DNA of 64,000 nucleotides from Pseudomonadota bacterium (lineage in GTDB: Bacteria; Pseudomonadota; Gammaproteobacteria; Burkholderiales; Burkholderiaceae_C): contig JBEEJT010000218.1 of assembly GCA_041169085.1 (NCBI GenBank), forward strand, positions 15,596 to 79,595. The letters run 5' to 3'. The translations under genes were made by a program, and so were the position numbers. Below are positions 62,015 to 64,000 of this stretch, piece by piece (position 1 is the first letter of the stretch; every line of letters begins with the position of its first letter). A model generated the notes under the pieces. It saw nothing but the letters and a program-made list of their open reading frames with translations. It was not told the DNA's origin and made no database searches.

Positions 62015-62956
62015 ATGAGCGATGCCACCCCTGATTCCCTTCGTTTTGACGGCCGTGTGGCCATCGTCACCGGCGCTGGTGGCGGCTTGGGCCGCAGCCA
62101 TGCGCTGCAACTGGCCGCCCGTGGCGCCAAGGTGCTGGTCAACGACCTGGGGGTGGCCCGCGACGGCAGCGCCGCCAGTGGCCTGAGCCCTGCCGAGCAG
62201 GTGGTGGCCGAGATCCGCGCCGCCGGGGGCGACGCGCTGGCCAATGCCGGCTCGGTGACCGACCCGCAGGCCGTGCAAGCCATGGTCGACCAGGCGATGG
62301 CGGCCTGGGGCCGCGTCGACATCCTGGTGTGCAACGCCGGCTTCCTGCGCGACAAGTCGTTTTCGAAGATGTCGCTCGACGACATCCGCCAGATCGTCGA
62401 CGTGCACCTGATGGCCGCCTTCTACGGCGCCAAGGCCGTGTGGGACACCATGAAGGGCCAAGGCTATGGCCGCATCGTGTTCACCACCTCGTCGAGCGGC
62501 CTGTTCGGCAACTTCGGGCAGGCCAACTACGGCGCGGCCAAGATGGGCGTGGTGGGCCTCATGCAGACCCTGGCGCTGGAAGGCGAAAAGTACAACGTGC
62601 GCGTCAACTGCCTGGCGCCCACCGCCGCCACCCGCATGACGCAAGACCTCATGCCCCCGGACGTGCTGGCGCTGCTGACCCCCGAGAGCGTGACGCCTGC
62701 GCTGCTGGTGCTGGCCAGCGAGCAGGCGCCCACCCGCACCGTGCTCAACGCCGGGGCGGGCGTGGTGGCGGCCACGCACATCGCCATGACCCAGGGCGTC
62801 TACGTGGGCGCGGGCCCGGACGCCCCTGAACAGGTCGCCGCACGGCTTGACACCATCCGCAGCCGCGAAGGCGACAGCGTGCCCGCCAGCGGGGCCGGGC
62901 AGACCCAGCAGGAGGTCACCACCGTGCTGGCCGCCCGCGCTGCCCGCCCCCGTTGA
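62015..62956 (+). CDS. SDR oxidoreductase (hydroxyacyl-CoA dehydrogenase / MFE-2-like)
   Basis: TGAGGGLG, VNDLG, CNAG, TTSSSG, NYGAAK; start MSDATP. Confidence 0.88.
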   Translation: MSDATPDSLRFDGRVAIVTGAGGGLGRSHALQLAARGAKVLVNDLGVARDGSAASGLSPAEQVVAEIRAAGGDALANAGSVTDPQAVQAMVDQAMAAWGRVDILVCNAGFLRDKSFSKMSLDDIRQIVDVHLMAAFYGAKAVWDTMKGQGYGRIVFTTSSSGLFGNFGQANYGAAKMGVVGLMQTLALEGEKYNVRVNCLAPTAATRMTQDLMPPDVLALLTPESVTPALLVLASEQAPTRTVLNAGAGVVAATHIAMTQGVYVGAGPDAPEQVAARLDTIRSREGDSVPASGAGQTQQEVTTVLAARAARPR

Positions 62957-63070
62957 TCGCCCCCGTTGAGCGCCTGACTTTGGGCCGCTTTTCGGCCGAT
63001 GCCTGCGCCCCTGGGTTGACCAAAATCGGCTCAGGCTGCCTGACTTCCGTGGGCGGCATGGGGCATGGGC

Positions 63071-64000
63071 ATGCGGCAAGCAAGCGGCGAACGACAGCGT
63101 GACACAGCGACCTGGCTGAACGGCCTGGGCGCGCTGCTCTGCCTGTTGCTGGCCTGCGGCCTGGCCGCGTGCGGCGGGGCGGGGGGCTCGGCGCGTGGCA
63201 CCGGCAACGGCACCACCGTCCAGGGCGACGCCAGCCTCACGGGCGTGGCTGCGATCGGGGCCCCCATGCTGGGCGCCCGCATCGACGTGGTCGATGCTCG
63301 TGGCGTGGCTGTGGGCACCACCACCGCCAGCTTGTCCGACGGGCGCTACACCCTCACGCTCGATGCTGGCGCCACCTTGCCCCTGCTGCTGCAAGCCAGT
63401 GGCGTGGACATGACCGGGGCCCCCCAGACGCTGCATGCGGTGGTGCAGGCCCTCGACAGCACCCGCACGGTGGCCCACGTCACCCCCTTGACCACGGCGC
63501 TCACAGCCTTGTTGTTGGGCGCCGAGCCCGCCAGCCAGTTTGCCCAAGCCAGCAGCGTCCACAGCGCCTGGACCACGCTGGGCAGCACCGCCGCGCTGGC
63601 GGCCGCCCAAGTCTGGCTGCGCTCCGTGCTTTCGCTCAACCTCAAGGACGCGGGCTACACCGACCCCACCCAAACCAACCTCTTGGGTGACACGACCTTC
63701 AGCGCCAACAAGACCGGGCTGGACATCGCCCTGGAGAGCGTGCGGGTGGCCTTCGTCACCCAACTCAATGGCCTGCCCGCCATGACCTTGAGCAACAAGC
63801 TCATCCTCAAGGGCCAAAGCGAAGTGCAGGTGGACCTGGCCGCCGCGCGCACCAGCCTGGCCGCCAGCACACCGGCCGTGGCCGACGCGGCCGTCACCTC
63901 CACCCTCAAGGCCACCACGGGCAACAGCGCTTTCATGCCGGGCGTGGCCGGGCTCGACACGGTGAGCGCCAGCTTGAACGCGGCCATGGCGGCCGGGGCC
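63071..64000 (+). CDS. Putative surface lipoprotein (partial; runs off the right edge)
   Basis: Not in the ORF track; open from ATG 63071 (or 63065) to the window end; lipobox LAAC-GG, then SLTGVAAIGAPMLGARIDVVDARG...AHVTPLTTAL. Confidence 0.72.
   Translation, partial: MRQASGERQRDTATWLNGLGALLCLLLACGLAACGGAGGSARGTGNGTTVQGDASLTGVAAIGAPMLGARIDVVDARGVAVGTTTASLSDGRYTLTLDAGATLPLLLQASGVDMTGAPQTLHAVVQALDSTRTVAHVTPLTTALTALLLGAEPASQFAQASSVHSAWTTLGSTAALAAAQVWLRSVLSLNLKDAGYTDPTQTNLLGDTTFSANKTGLDIALESVRVAFVTQLNGLPAMTLSNKLILKGQSEVQVDLAAARTSLAASTPAVADAAVTSTLKATTGNSAFMPGVAGLDTVSASLNAAMAAGA

Overview
High-GC betaproteobacterial (Burkholderiales) chromosomal window; the gene content suggests the Aquabacterium/Ideonella/Leptothrix group (inference). 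1-24.7 kb is a sugar-catabolism superlocus: the Entner-Doudoroff operon zwf-pgl-edd-eda-pgi-ppc with tandem HexR-type operators, a ROK-regulated frcBCA-like pentose/fructose ABC system with mutarotase and PfkB kinase, a HexR/RpiR regulator, a TctDE-like two-component pair, and a LamB porin + GtsABCD-like ABC transporter + glucokinase. 24.7-52.5 kb carries housekeeping clusters (trmL-gpsA-secB-grxC-rhodanese-gpmA; aroQ-accB-accC-prmA-DUF3426-kinase; lysS) interrupted by accessory genes. These include a Tat-type flavin amine oxidase, an EthA-like Baeyer-Villiger monooxygenase, a PETase/cutinase-like secreted hydrolase with its own operator, two exosortase-type (PEP/VPLP-CTERM) surface proteins, a signal-peptide-bearing phage tail-collar protein, a secreted EEP nuclease/phosphatase and a solitary molybdoenzyme. 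52.6-60.2 kb is a glycan biosynthesis locus (flippase, acyltransferase, GT4, GT2, DegT aminotransferase, phosphoglycosyl transferase) with an embedded antisense esterase. The window ends with MarR, an EXXH metal protein, an SDR and a truncated lipoprotein. I found no rRNA, tRNA, CRISPR array, IS element or prophage. The best candidates for novelty are the atypical PETase-like gene and the secreted tail-collar / CTERM / EEP trio. All family calls come from motif recognition and memory; no database search was run.
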